Positions 1 to 8,288 of a DNA stretch of 24,000 nucleotides are shown piece after piece; position 1 is the first letter of the stretch; every line of letters starts with the position of its first letter. The stretch is from assembly GCF_002245355.1 (NCBI RefSeq), contig NZ_NOWF01000002.1:280996-304995 (forward strand), in the 5' to 3' direction. The translations under genes and the position numbers were made by a program. The stretch is from Paludifilum halophilum. Its GTDB lineage: Bacteria; Bacillota; Bacilli; Thermoactinomycetales; DSM-45169. The notes below the pieces were generated by a model. That model had not been told where the DNA came from. It worked only from the letters and a program-made list of their open reading frames with translations, and searched no databases.

Positions 1-324
1 TTCCTTTTTCAAATCGGAATTGCACAAGATAATGTTGTAATGGTACATGTTAGCGATATCTTCGATTCCCCGGGTCAATTCAGCAAAAAAAGCGGAACTG
101 ATGTCCGGGATCACCACACCGACCGTGGTCGTCTTTTTACTGGCCAATCCGCGGGCAACCGCATTCGGCCGGTAACCCATGTTGCGAATCGTCTCTAAGA
201 CTTTTTTCCTCGTAACCGGCTTCACATTGGGGTTGCCGTTGACGACACGGGAGACCGTAGCCATGGAAACCCCCGCTTCGCGAGCGACATCATAAATGGT
301 GATCGTCTCTTTTTTCTTCCCCAT
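1..324 (-). CDS. ccpA: Catabolite control protein A (LacI family), N-terminal 108 codons; rest lies beyond the window start
   Basis: Absent from the ORF track because it runs off the edge. Reverse complement from ATG 324..322 reads [77 protein letters not shown], closely matching the HTH and early core of Bacillus CcpA. It lies directly downstream of aroA, as in B. subtilis. Confidence 0.9.
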   Translation of the reverse strand, partial: MGKKKETITIYDVAREAGVSMATVSRVVNGNPNVKPVTRKKVLETIRNMGYRPNAVARGLASKKTTTVGVVIPDISSAFFAELTRGIEDIANMYHYNIILCNSDLKKE

Positions 325-509
325 TCTTTATTCCACACCCAATTCCGTTATCGTTTGCGAATCAGTTCTCTGTTAGAATACGACAAAATCCATGCTTGGT
401 GCAAACGTCTTCAAAACTTCGTCCGGATCGTCCAAAAGTGTTCAAAAATCCGGAGCCGCACGGTTCATTCCTTCTAGGGAGCGTTTGCCCATCGTTTATC
501 CCGAATGGC

Positions 510-540
510 AAAAAAGAACCGACCGTAAAAAGCCGGTTCC
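510..540 (-). terminator. Intrinsic terminator after aroA
   Basis: Minus strand reads GAACCG-(12 nt)-CGGTTC followed by TTTTTT, about 30 nt after the aroA stop at 572. Confidence 0.6.
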
Positions 541-571
541 TCGTCCTATCTGTTCCCATGACTGCTTCATG

Positions 572-1663
572 TTATCCGGTTGTCGTTTTGGCGGGTTTGA
601 TCAACCCTGTGACCCGCATATCTTCCATAAACGTCTCAAACTGCGGAATATCAATCTGCTGATTGGCGTCGGACAAGGCCACCGACGGGTCAGGATGAAC
701 CTCCAACATGATCCCGTCCGCCCCTGCCGCCAGAGCCGCCTTCGCTACCGGCCTCTGGATATCCCTCCGCCCGGTGGAATGGGTGATATCCACAAACACC
801 GGTAAATGACTTTCCTGCTTCAGGAGGGGAACAGCGGAAATATCCAGGGTGTTCCGCGTCCATTTTTCATAAGTGCGGATTCCCCTCTCACAGAGCATCA
901 CCTGCGTGTTTCCTCTGGAGACGATGTATTCGGCGGCGAAGAGAAACTCTTCCACCGTCGCCGACATGCCCCGCTTCAGGAACACCGGCCGCCGAACCGA
1001 ACCGGCGGCTTTCAGCAGTTCGAAATTTTGCATGTTGCGAGCTCCGATCTGGATGACATCCACATAGCGCTCGGCCATTTCCATATCCGAGGGGTTGACG
1101 ATTTCGCTGATCACTTTCAGGTCGTATTCATCGGCGGCTTTCCGTAACATCTGCAGTCCCTCTTCTCCCATTCCCTGAAAGTCGTAGGGAGAGGTTCGCG
1201 GTTTAAAAGCACCGCCTCGAAGCAGCCGAATTCCCTGCTTTTTCAATGATTGGGCCACTTGACGGACCTGTTCCTCCGACTCTACCGAACAAGGACCTGC
1301 CACAATCGTTCGTTTTCCGTCTCCGACCGGTTCGTCTCCCACCATGACCACGGTATCCTCCGGATGCCGCTTTCGGCTGACCAACAATACCTTTTTGTGG
1401 TTTTGCTTCTGCAAATCGAGGGAAGCTTTGAAGATTTGCTTAAATAAGTGACGCACCGTGTCATCATCAAACGGACCGGGATTTTTCCCGACGATTTGGT
1501 CCAGCATGTCTCTCTCCCGGACAGGATCGAATCGGTTAATCCCCTGCTTCTTTTTCACATCGCCTATGGCTCGAACCAATTCGGCACGCTGGCTCAACAG
1601 TTCCAACAACTTCGTGTTGATCTCATCCACCTGTCCCCGTAAATGCTCCAGTTGATGACTCAA
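572..1663 (-). CDS. aroA: Bifunctional chorismate mutase / 3-deoxy-7-phosphoheptulonate (DAHP) synthase, type I-beta
   Basis: 363-aa ORF with an N-terminal AroQ-like chorismate mutase segment ([23 protein letters not shown]), then DAHP/KDO8P-synthase motifs ([26 protein letters not shown]). TTG start preceded by GGGGAG. Synteny with ccpA supports the call. Confidence 0.9.
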   Translation of the reverse strand: MSHQLEHLRGQVDEINTKLLELLSQRAELVRAIGDVKKKQGINRFDPVRERDMLDQIVGKNPGPFDDDTVRHLFKQIFKASLDLQKQNHKKVLLVSRKRHPEDTVVMVGDEPVGDGKRTIVAGPCSVESEEQVRQVAQSLKKQGIRLLRGGAFKPRTSPYDFQGMGEEGLQMLRKAADEYDLKVISEIVNPSDMEMAERYVDVIQIGARNMQNFELLKAAGSVRRPVFLKRGMSATVEEFLFAAEYIVSRGNTQVMLCERGIRTYEKWTRNTLDISAVPLLKQESHLPVFVDITHSTGRRDIQRPVAKAALAAGADGIMLEVHPDPSVALSDANQQIDIPQFETFMEDMRVTGLIKPAKTTTG

Positions 1664-1695
1664 CGGTGACTCCCCTCTCCAAATTTTTAATGACT

Positions 1696-1724
1696 ATTAT
1701 ATCGAAATTGCAACCGTCTGTCAC
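1696..1724 (-). promoter_or_regulatory. Sigma-A-type promoter for aroA
   Basis: Minus strand reads GTGACA (1724..1719), 17-nt spacer, TATAAT (1701..1696), about 35 nt upstream of the aroA TTG start. Confidence 0.5.
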
Positions 1725-1916
1725 CGATAAATTCATGCTATAAAAGAACCGATTGGCCCAATTTCAAAGGGACCTATCCCAACACTTCCCGGTTTCTTCT
1801 CCAACGCTGGGTACCACACATCCAACACCATAAATGGTTGGATCGGTATCTATTTATATTTCCTCCATCTCTATGGCCATTGGGTCAGCGGAACCCATAT
1901 CAGAGGCATAAATAAC

Positions 1917-1941
1917 AAAAACCCTGCCAGGATCAGCAGGG
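1917..1941 (-). terminator. Intrinsic terminator after the anti-sigma gene
   Basis: Minus strand reads CCCTGC-(8 nt)-GCAGGG followed by TTTTT, about 65 nt after the stop at 2006. Confidence 0.6.
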
Positions 1942-2005
1942 ATTTTTGTATCGCAATCTTTTGGAATGGATCCAGGTGGTACCGATCCGCCGCGCCGAAC
2001 AAGAC

Positions 2006-2770
2006 TTATTGCAGTGTTGACGGAGCCGCCAGATTATCAAACCATTGCGAGATGTTCTGTTCATTGTCAGGAAAGGTGAACGTCTCCACTTGAGGTTGAT
2101 CACCCGTCGTCAAAATCACGGAAATGGGAAATGTGTCCTCGGTAAAGTCGTGATCTCGGTATTGATCCCGGGAAAAGCCCGCTGAATGCAAAAGTTCCTC
2201 CATCGTATCCCCGTCGGGTACCCGTATGAAAACGAATCGCTTGATCCTTTTGACCCATCCTTGTCGATCCTTCATCAGGGTGGGGATCGCACTGGGATAA
2301 ACCATGGCCGTTTCGTAATTCAGATCCCCCTCCATGTGACGGGGACGAATCACCTGGACATAATCGTTTTCGGGAATATGCAACTTCTCCGATGATGTAG
2401 CCAGCACCATGACAGTGGATCGGGACACCGACTGTTCCGGTCCCGCCACGGGAACCTGTTCCGCTGTCTGTCCATTCATCGAACCGGATTGATGCTGCTG
2501 GAGCTGGGGAACGAAGTAGACCATAAAAGCGATCGCCGTATACACCGCCGCCCATTTGACCATATGGTTGAACACCGTCGCCGGGCGGCGGGAATGTTCA
2601 TGGCGGCGGATCTCCTCCAGTGAATGGACGAGGGCGATCATCTCCTGAAGGCTCTGTCGGCAGGATCCGCAATGATCGACATGCTCACGCAGGCGCGCCA
2701 GATCCGCTTTATCGATCTCCTGGTCCACATATAATTGAATCAATCGATCCATATCCCTGCAAGAAGACAT
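2006..2770 (-). CDS. Membrane anti-sigma factor (zf-HC2 type) with uncharacterised extracytoplasmic domain
   Basis: N-terminal H-x3-C-x2-C motif (HVDHCGSCRQ), one TM segment (WAAVYTAIAFMVYFV), then ~165 aa with no motif I recognise. Starts 12 nt after the ECF sigma stop, with GGGGA as RBS. Confidence 0.75.
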   Translation of the reverse strand: MSSCRDMDRLIQLYVDQEIDKADLARLREHVDHCGSCRQSLQEMIALVHSLEEIRRHEHSRRPATVFNHMVKWAAVYTAIAFMVYFVPQLQQHQSGSMNGQTAEQVPVAGPEQSVSRSTVMVLATSSEKLHIPENDYVQVIRPRHMEGDLNYETAMVYPSAIPTLMKDRQGWVKRIKRFVFIRVPDGDTMEELLHSAGFSRDQYRDHDFTEDTFPISVILTTGDQPQVETFTFPDNEQNISQWFDNLAAPSTLQ

Positions 2771-2782
2771 CCGTCGATCCCC

Positions 2783-3319
2783 TTACTTTTTGGAGAGTCG
2801 TTCTTTTAACATTTTCCGCGCCCGGAACAATTGGGTTTTTACCGTTCCCTCGGGAATTTCCAGCGCTTCGCTGATTTCGGTATAGGAGTATCCATGAAAA
2901 TGGCGCAGGACGACAACCCGCCGATAGATATCAGGCAGGTCCTGAATCTCCTCTTTCACCTGTTCCAGCATCAGCCGCTGTTCCACTTGTTCTTCCACCG
3001 ACAGCATATCCGTCGAATGGGGGGGCTCTGATTGTATAAACGCGTCTTCCAGGGCCACCAGTTTCAAACTTTTTTTCCGTTTTTGGTCGCGAAACCGGTT
3101 GGTCATCATTGTTCGCAACCATGCTTTCAAAGATTTTTCATAGACATACCGGTTGGATTTCCGGTGAGCCTGCCAGATGGTTTCCTGCATCAAGTCCTTG
3201 GCATCTTCCGTATTCCCCGTCAGCCGGTATGCGATATGATACAGATAACGCCGGTGCTGCTGAAGGCGTTCCAGAAATTCATCCGTCATCGATTTTTTAG
3301 ACGTCTCCTCACCACTCAT
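2783..3319 (-). CDS. ECF (sigma-70 family, group 4) RNA polymerase sigma factor
   Basis: Region 2 (YRLTGNTEDAKDLMQETIWQAH) and region 4 HTH (YSYTEISEALEIPEGTVKTQLFRARKML). The ORF extends to 3349, but ATG at 3319 has GGGAGG 7 nt upstream, so I prefer 3319. Confidence 0.85.
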   Translation of the reverse strand: MSGEETSKKSMTDEFLERLQQHRRYLYHIAYRLTGNTEDAKDLMQETIWQAHRKSNRYVYEKSLKAWLRTMMTNRFRDQKRKKSLKLVALEDAFIQSEPPHSTDMLSVEEQVEQRLMLEQVKEEIQDLPDIYRRVVVLRHFHGYSYTEISEALEIPEGTVKTQLFRARKMLKERLSKK

Positions 3320-3522
3320 AGGTACCTCCCGCTTCTGTATCGATCCCATCGTTTCGGAACCGGGTTTTTATAAAATCGGAATTATTGTCCACAATCAAAA
3401 CAACCTCTTCTCAGATACAGGAGAACATGTTCACGAAAAAAGAACAACCCATCCCAATACGGATGAGCTTTCACACAAGCGGGCATTCTACTCGATTCTC
3501 TTTTTTTTACATGCGTTTGCAT

Positions 3523-3945
3523 TCAATCCCCCAGCAGGATGACACCAGTCACCACAAAAAGGACTCCCAGAGCCTTACCCAGAGTGACGGATTCCCCGAA
3601 GATCATGACAGAGAGGAGAAAAGCCAATACCGGAAAGCTTCCCACCACCGGCATCACCCGTCCCACATCTCCGAACTGCAGAGCTTTGAAATAAAAAAAC
3701 TGAGCGAACAAAACTCCAAATACGCCTCCGAGGAGAACGTAGATGAGCGATTTCAGATCCAGTACGGCGGCCGACGTACCTCTTTCCGAAAAAAAGAGAT
3801 AAATGGCGACCAATAACGTGGTAACCGCGGCTCGTAAAAAAAGAGCCATCGTGGGTTCCGTCCGGCTCAGCCCCAACTTTTCAAAAATAGGGGCTATACC
3901 AAAACTGAGCGCCGCCAGCAATGCATAAATCATCTCCCTGCTCAT
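3523..3945 (-). CDS. Half-size EamA/DMT-superfamily membrane transporter (single EamA domain)
   Basis: 140 aa with four to five hydrophobic helices. EamA-like pattern throughout (ALLAALSFGIAPIF ... FFYFKALQFGDVGRVMPV ... IFGESVTLGKALGVLFVVTGVILL). Confidence 0.7.
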   Translation of the reverse strand: MSREMIYALLAALSFGIAPIFEKLGLSRTEPTMALFLRAAVTTLLVAIYLFFSERGTSAAVLDLKSLIYVLLGGVFGVLFAQFFYFKALQFGDVGRVMPVVGSFPVLAFLLSVMIFGESVTLGKALGVLFVVTGVILLGD

Positions 3946-4014
3946 GGCAACCCTCGTCTCCTCGATGTTTGTCCTATGTATATGTCAAGGAGAACCCGGA
4001 TAGACATCCCCGGC

Positions 4015-4048
4015 AAGATAAAGAAAAGCGCCCGTCAACCGGGCGCTT
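4015..4048 (-). terminator. Intrinsic terminator after ytxH (hairpin could act in both directions)
   Basis: AAGCGCCCG-(5 nt)-CGGGCGCTT with T-rich runs on both strands, immediately after the ytxH stop at 4064. Confidence 0.6.
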
Positions 4049-4063
4049 TTCTTCTTCGTCTTT

Positions 4064-4414
4064 TCAGGATTTCAGCTTGTTCGCTGTTTTCTCGCCGATT
4101 TCCTCCACTTTTTTACCGGCTTTCCCCATCCCCTCTTCGACAGTCGAAGCCGCTTCTTTAAAAGTGTCCGCCGCGGATTCGCGAATGTCGGTCCACTTGT
4201 GGGAGGTGACTCCTTTTACATCCCCATAGCGTTGAGCCATCTGTTCCGATTTTTCCTTGACCGCTTCCTTCGCTGTTTCCAATCCCTTGTACAGGTCGGC
4301 ACGCGTTTCACGGCCGGTTTTGGGAGTGAGAAGCAAAGCGGCCGTCGCTCCAATGGCACCGCCGATGACTGCACCGATAAACAGATCTTTTCCGTTCATC
4401 CCGTCTTTGGACAT
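4064..4414 (-). CDS. ytxH: YtxH-family general stress protein
   Basis: N-terminus (KDLFIGAVIGGAIGATAALLLTPKTGRETRADL) is the characteristic YtxH helix/G-rich motif. The remainder is a charged helical region. Lies directly downstream of ytxG, as in B. subtilis. Confidence 0.8.
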   Translation of the reverse strand: MSKDGMNGKDLFIGAVIGGAIGATAALLLTPKTGRETRADLYKGLETAKEAVKEKSEQMAQRYGDVKGVTSHKWTDIRESAADTFKEAASTVEEGMGKAGKKVEEIGEKTANKLKS

Positions 4415-4433
4415 CCTCCCGTCTCCTTTTCCC

Positions 4434-4856
4434 TTATTTTACCCGGACTCTTTTTTTCTTATCAACGTTCTTATCTGAACGCCACTTTTTGAAGAGATCC
4501 AACCCTGCCCCGATCAGGGCGGTCACATTCCCCAGACGTTCCTTCTGAACGGCAGCTGTCCGCGTAATCGTAGAAGATAATTCCTGAATATGATTGCTGA
4601 CATGTTCCACCGTCTCAAACAGCGAATCCGTCTGCTGGCTTTTCGCCCGCAGATCAGCCAATAACACATGGGCCTCACCGAGGGTTTTCTTTGATTCCTC
4701 AGCCACTTCCTCCAATTGGGGCTGGACCTCATTCAGCGTGGTATTCACAGAGTCCAGTGTTCGATTCACCTTGCGCAGAGAAACAATCAAGGCAACCACC
4801 AGGGCGACAAAGGCCGCGGCGGCAACACCCGCACTAATCTCGATGATCAGATTCAA
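4434..4856 (-). CDS. ytxG: DUF948 / YtxG-family membrane-anchored protein
   Basis: N-terminal TM (LNLIIEISAGVAAAAFVALVVALIV) followed by a long helical region (LDSVNTTLNEVQPQLEEVAEESKKTL). GGAGGAGG sits just upstream of TTG 4856 / GTG 4859. The track ORF continues in frame to 5006, but that extension looks non-coding (see findings). Confidence 0.7.
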   Translation of the reverse strand: MNLIIEISAGVAAAAFVALVVALIVSLRKVNRTLDSVNTTLNEVQPQLEEVAEESKKTLGEAHVLLADLRAKSQQTDSLFETVEHVSNHIQELSSTITRTAAVQKERLGNVTALIGAGLDLFKKWRSDKNVDKKKRVRVK

Positions 4857-5086
4857 CACCTCCTCCGACACGATCTCTAGAAGCCTTGTGATTAGCACGT
4901 CTTTGGTGGGTCGGGGTGGGGTTCCACACTCCGTTTCGTTGTTCTGACGAGCCAAAGGCACTCCGTGTGAAACCCCACCCTCCCGAACAGGGGACTTTTT
5001 CACCATGCTTCTAGCTCTTTCTATACAAAAAAACCGGAACCTTTTTTTATTACCCGATCAAATACCATCCAATCGCTGAAGGGGGA

Positions 5087-6856
5087 TCACGGTTGCGTCC
5101 TCCCGTGACCCGCGGGGTACATTCCGGGGATTTCCACCGGGAGCTTCCCTGTGATCGGAATCTCGCCTGTGATCCCTTTCACGGCGGCCCGAAGAGCAAC
5201 AGGGTTGGAACTGTATAGGGCCAGATACGTACTCACTCGGGGAAAGGATAAAAGATCATAGGGGGTATCCAACCCGAGGACAATCACGGGTTTTCCCGTC
5301 GCCTCCAGCTCTTGAACCAAGTCAGCCTGGGACGGATGTTTCCCGGCTTGGCTCGTCCCAATCACGATCGCATCCGCCCGGGCCGCCTCCCTGGACAGTC
5401 GGCGAATCACAGATGAGTCGGGATCCGGATCGATCGACCGGGTAACCGGACGGAACCCCCGGGAGGCGAAAGCTTTTCCTAAAACATCCGCGTGGTTAGG
5501 GGAGAGGGCCAGCACCCGGGGGGTCTTTTTCGGGTTCAGCGGCAGATGATCGGAGTGATCCCGGACCTGTGTCAACGCGGCCTCCGCAATTCGGAGCGCC
5601 TGTCGCTGATGTTCTTCGGTACCTACCCCATCATCCACCTGTGATATCTCTACCTTTGGCTGGTGCAAAACAGCACGCTCCCCCAGCTTTTCTGTCTTTA
5701 ATTTTAAAATGCGGCGCAGGGATCGGTCAATCCGATCTTCAGAAATATCTCCTTTTTTCACCGCTTTTTTCACGGATCGAATCGACTGTCGTTGACGAGT
5801 GAGGTCGTGGGAGACCAAAATCATGTCTGCTCCCGCTTTGACAGCGCGGACAGCGGCTTCATCCGCCCCGAAGTTCTCCACAATCGCCCCCATCTCCATA
5901 TCGTCGGTGATAATCACACCGTGATAACCCATTTTTTCCCGCAATAACCCCGTTAATACCTTCTTCGACAGGGTTCCGGGAAGGCCCGGCGTGTCATCGA
6001 TCGCCGGAAATGTGATGTGGGCGGACATGACGGCATCCACCCCCTGTTCGATGGCCTTTTGAAAAGGCACCAGTTCTACCTTTTCCAACCGCTTCAAAGA
6101 GTGGGGGACCGTCGGTACATCGATATGAGAATCCGTCGTCGTGTCCCCGTGGCCCGGAAAATGCTTTACCGCCGTTAAGACGCCCCCTTGTCGGTACCCC
6201 TTCAGGTTGGCGGTCGCCATCCTGGCGGCCAGAACGGGATCCCCGGCAAAGGAGCGTACTCCGATAATGGGGTTTTTCGCGTTGTTGTTCACGTCCAACA
6301 CCGGTGCCAGATTCATGTTAATGCCCATCGCCCGCAGTTCCTCTCCGGTTATGCGGCCTGCCCGATAGGCTAAAGAAGAATCCCTGGTCGCCCCGATCGC
6401 CATGTTTCCGGGGAAAACCGTCACCCCTTCCCTCATCCGGACAATCTTTCCCCCTTCCTGATCCATGGAGATCAATAAAGGGATTCCCGGGGAGGAAGTC
6501 AGGGATAACTGCTGCAATCTCCGGGTCAACCCCGCTACTTGCCAAGGATTTTCCACATTGCGGTCGAATAGGATGATGCCTCCGACATGTTCTTCCAAAA
6601 TCAGTTTTTGAACTTGCTCGTTCACTTCCCTCGCCGGTTGATCTCCATTTTGAAAACCGACCATAAACATCTGACCTATTTTTTCATCCAGTGTCATTTG
6701 GGCGATTTTTTTCTCCACCCAGCCGCTTTTGTCGGGATCAGGTTGGTTCCAGACAGCAGCGGTCATCGGGATGGAGGAGGGCAACAAAAGCAAAAGAGAG
6801 CATATCAGAGCAAAAAAAATACCGCTTCTGACGGGATAGCCCTGCAAAAACAACAC
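5087..6856 (-). CDS. nagZ: Secreted glycoside hydrolase family 3 beta-N-acetylhexosaminidase (NagZ/YbbD-like)
   Basis: Hydrophobic N-terminal signal-like segment. GH3 N-domain motifs KHFPGHGDTTTDSHIDVP and ITDDMEMGA, plus a C-terminal alpha/beta domain. Start is ambiguous: AAAGGAG overlaps GTG 6856, and TTG at 6847 has better spacing. Confidence 0.85.
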   Translation of the reverse strand: MLFLQGYPVRSGIFFALICSLLLLLPSSIPMTAAVWNQPDPDKSGWVEKKIAQMTLDEKIGQMFMVGFQNGDQPAREVNEQVQKLILEEHVGGIILFDRNVENPWQVAGLTRRLQQLSLTSSPGIPLLISMDQEGGKIVRMREGVTVFPGNMAIGATRDSSLAYRAGRITGEELRAMGINMNLAPVLDVNNNAKNPIIGVRSFAGDPVLAARMATANLKGYRQGGVLTAVKHFPGHGDTTTDSHIDVPTVPHSLKRLEKVELVPFQKAIEQGVDAVMSAHITFPAIDDTPGLPGTLSKKVLTGLLREKMGYHGVIITDDMEMGAIVENFGADEAAVRAVKAGADMILVSHDLTRQRQSIRSVKKAVKKGDISEDRIDRSLRRILKLKTEKLGERAVLHQPKVEISQVDDGVGTEEHQRQALRIAEAALTQVRDHSDHLPLNPKKTPRVLALSPNHADVLGKAFASRGFRPVTRSIDPDPDSSVIRRLSREAARADAIVIGTSQAGKHPSQADLVQELEATGKPVIVLGLDTPYDLLSFPRVSTYLALYSSNPVALRAAVKGITGEIPITGKLPVEIPGMYPAGHGRTQP

Positions 6857-7022
6857 TCCTTTTCCGCTTCGGAAGGGAAGTCATTGTTCTATTATATCCC
6901 TCCGGCTCCCCGAGAAAAAGAAGAGAGTGAGAGATTATCATTCCGATCGGTTTTCCGAATCTTCAGCGGTGTGGTAGAAGCCCGGAACTCCCGGTATAAT
7001 GATGTAGGAATCGACTTGCGAG

Positions 7023-8114
7023 GTGATCATCTTGGATGATAAAAAAAGTATCGTCGTGTTGGAAGGCGACCAAACCGGCCAAGAGTTGCTGGAAGAAGCG
7101 CTTCGCGTGCTCGCGGCGGATGTGATCGGTTTTGACATTGAACTTCGATCCTTTGATCTCAGCCTTGAAAACCGGCGGAAAACGAATAACGAGGTGGTCT
7201 TTGAGGCCGCCCGGGCGATGAAAGAATCGGGATACGGGCTGAAGGCGGCCACCATCACTCCCGAAGAAAAAGGGGATGTGGGCAGCCCCAACGCCATTCT
7301 GCGGAAGGAGATTGACGGAAAGGTGATCGTCCGTACCGGCCGGCGCATCCCGGGAGTCAACCCCATCGCCGGAGCCTTCGCCCCGATCTCCGTGATCCGG
7401 ATGGCGGTGGGTGATGCCTATGGCGCCAAAGAATGGCGGGAAGGAGACGGTGTGGAAGAAGTAGCATACCGGACGGAAACCATCGACCGGAAAACCTGCC
7501 GCGCTGTAGCCGAGTACGCCTTCCGCCACGCCAAGCGGACCAAAGGAAAAGTCTTCGGCGGACCCAAGTATACGGTCAGCCCCATCTATGAAGGGATGCT
7601 GAAGGAAGAAATGGATGCAGCCAGTCAACGTCACCCGGAAGTCCCCTACGATCCGCAACTGATCGACGCCACTTACGCCCTGCTGTTGAATAACCCCGGT
7701 GACCCCATGGTCATCCCCGCCCTCAACCGGGACGGAGATTGCCTGAGCGATATGGTCTTGCAATTGTTCGGTTCCATCGCCGGTGCCGAATCCATCCTGA
7801 TGGGTGTGGACAACGAATTCAACCCGCAAGTGGTGATGGCGGAAGCCCCCCACGGTACGGCCCCCACCCTCCGCGGCAAAAATATCGCCAACCCGATGGC
7901 GATGATCCTGGCCACCGCTTCCCTGTTGACCCACTTGGATGATGAACGGGCGTCCGCGGCCTCCCGGGCGATTTATGAAGCGACAATTGAAACGGTTCGG
8001 GAAGGGCACCGTACGGCTGATTTGGGCGGAAGTGCGACAACATCGGAGTTTACCGATGAAGTGATCAACAAGGTGAAAACAAAGTTGGAAGTATGGACCA
8101 GTCTCCGGATGTAA
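7023..8114 (+). CDS. Isocitrate/isopropylmalate dehydrogenase family protein (short, subfamily-II-IDH-like N-terminus)
   Basis: Motifs LEGDQTGQEL, KAATITPEE, NRDGDCLSDMV and EAPHGTAPTLRGKNIANPMAMILA match beta-decarboxylating dehydrogenases. Start is GTG 7023 or TTG 7032 after GAGGTGA. Confidence 0.8.
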   Translation: MIILDDKKSIVVLEGDQTGQELLEEALRVLAADVIGFDIELRSFDLSLENRRKTNNEVVFEAARAMKESGYGLKAATITPEEKGDVGSPNAILRKEIDGKVIVRTGRRIPGVNPIAGAFAPISVIRMAVGDAYGAKEWREGDGVEEVAYRTETIDRKTCRAVAEYAFRHAKRTKGKVFGGPKYTVSPIYEGMLKEEMDAASQRHPEVPYDPQLIDATYALLLNNPGDPMVIPALNRDGDCLSDMVLQLFGSIAGAESILMGVDNEFNPQVVMAEAPHGTAPTLRGKNIANPMAMILATASLLTHLDDERASAASRAIYEATIETVREGHRTADLGGSATTSEFTDEVINKVKTKLEVWTSLRM

Positions 8115-8183
8115 TCCCGCTGAAAGAATGCATCCATAGGGTCTGAAACGTTTTCCTCCCGGACACATCATGCCCGTGGAGAC

Positions 8184-8217
8184 GCCCGTCGTTTTTTTGC
8201 GGCGGGCTCTTTATTTC
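8184..8217 (+). terminator. Intrinsic terminator after the dehydrogenase gene
   Basis: GCCCGTCG-(8 nt)-CGGCGGGC (8 bp including one G-U pair) followed by TCTTTATTTC. Confidence 0.55.
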
Positions 8218-8242
8218 AAGGGGAAATCGGGTGAGGTATAAT
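8214..8242 (+). promoter_or_regulatory. Sigma-A-type promoter for the 8289 membrane-protein gene
   Basis: TTTCAA (8214..8219), 17-nt spacer, perfect TATAAT (8237..8242). AGGAGG follows at 8271..8276. Confidence 0.45.
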
Positions 8243-8288
8243 CGATTTATTGTCACCTTTCATAGAATAGGAGGTTGAACCAAACACC

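Noticed and set aside
346-359. cre-like element (minus strand CGCAAACGATAACG) in the ccpA 5' region
   Set aside because: It has three mismatches to the TGWAANCGNTNWCA consensus, including both outer positions. That is too weak to call without scoring against a matrix.
1809-1819. T-box-like GTGTGGTACCC on the minus strand upstream of aroA, plus a nearby AGAGA
   Set aside because: A near-consensus promoter (GTGACA-17-TATAAT) lies downstream of it and only ~35 nt from the aroA start, so it would not be in the leader. I could not build a convincing specifier loop or a terminator/antiterminator pair.
2100-2555. 151-aa alternative-frame ORF inside the anti-sigma gene
   Set aside because: It is out of frame with the zf-HC2/TM-containing ORF, has no RBS, and its composition is Gly/Arg-rich.
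3385-3816. 143-aa plus-strand ORF
   Set aside because: It is antisense to the EamA transporter gene, has no RBS, and its product is not protein-like.
6963-8171. 402-aa minus-strand ORF covering the whole dehydrogenase gene
   Set aside because: It is exactly antisense to a CDS with clear family motifs. Its translation is low-complexity and Gly/Arg/His-rich with no motifs, so it is a shadow ORF.
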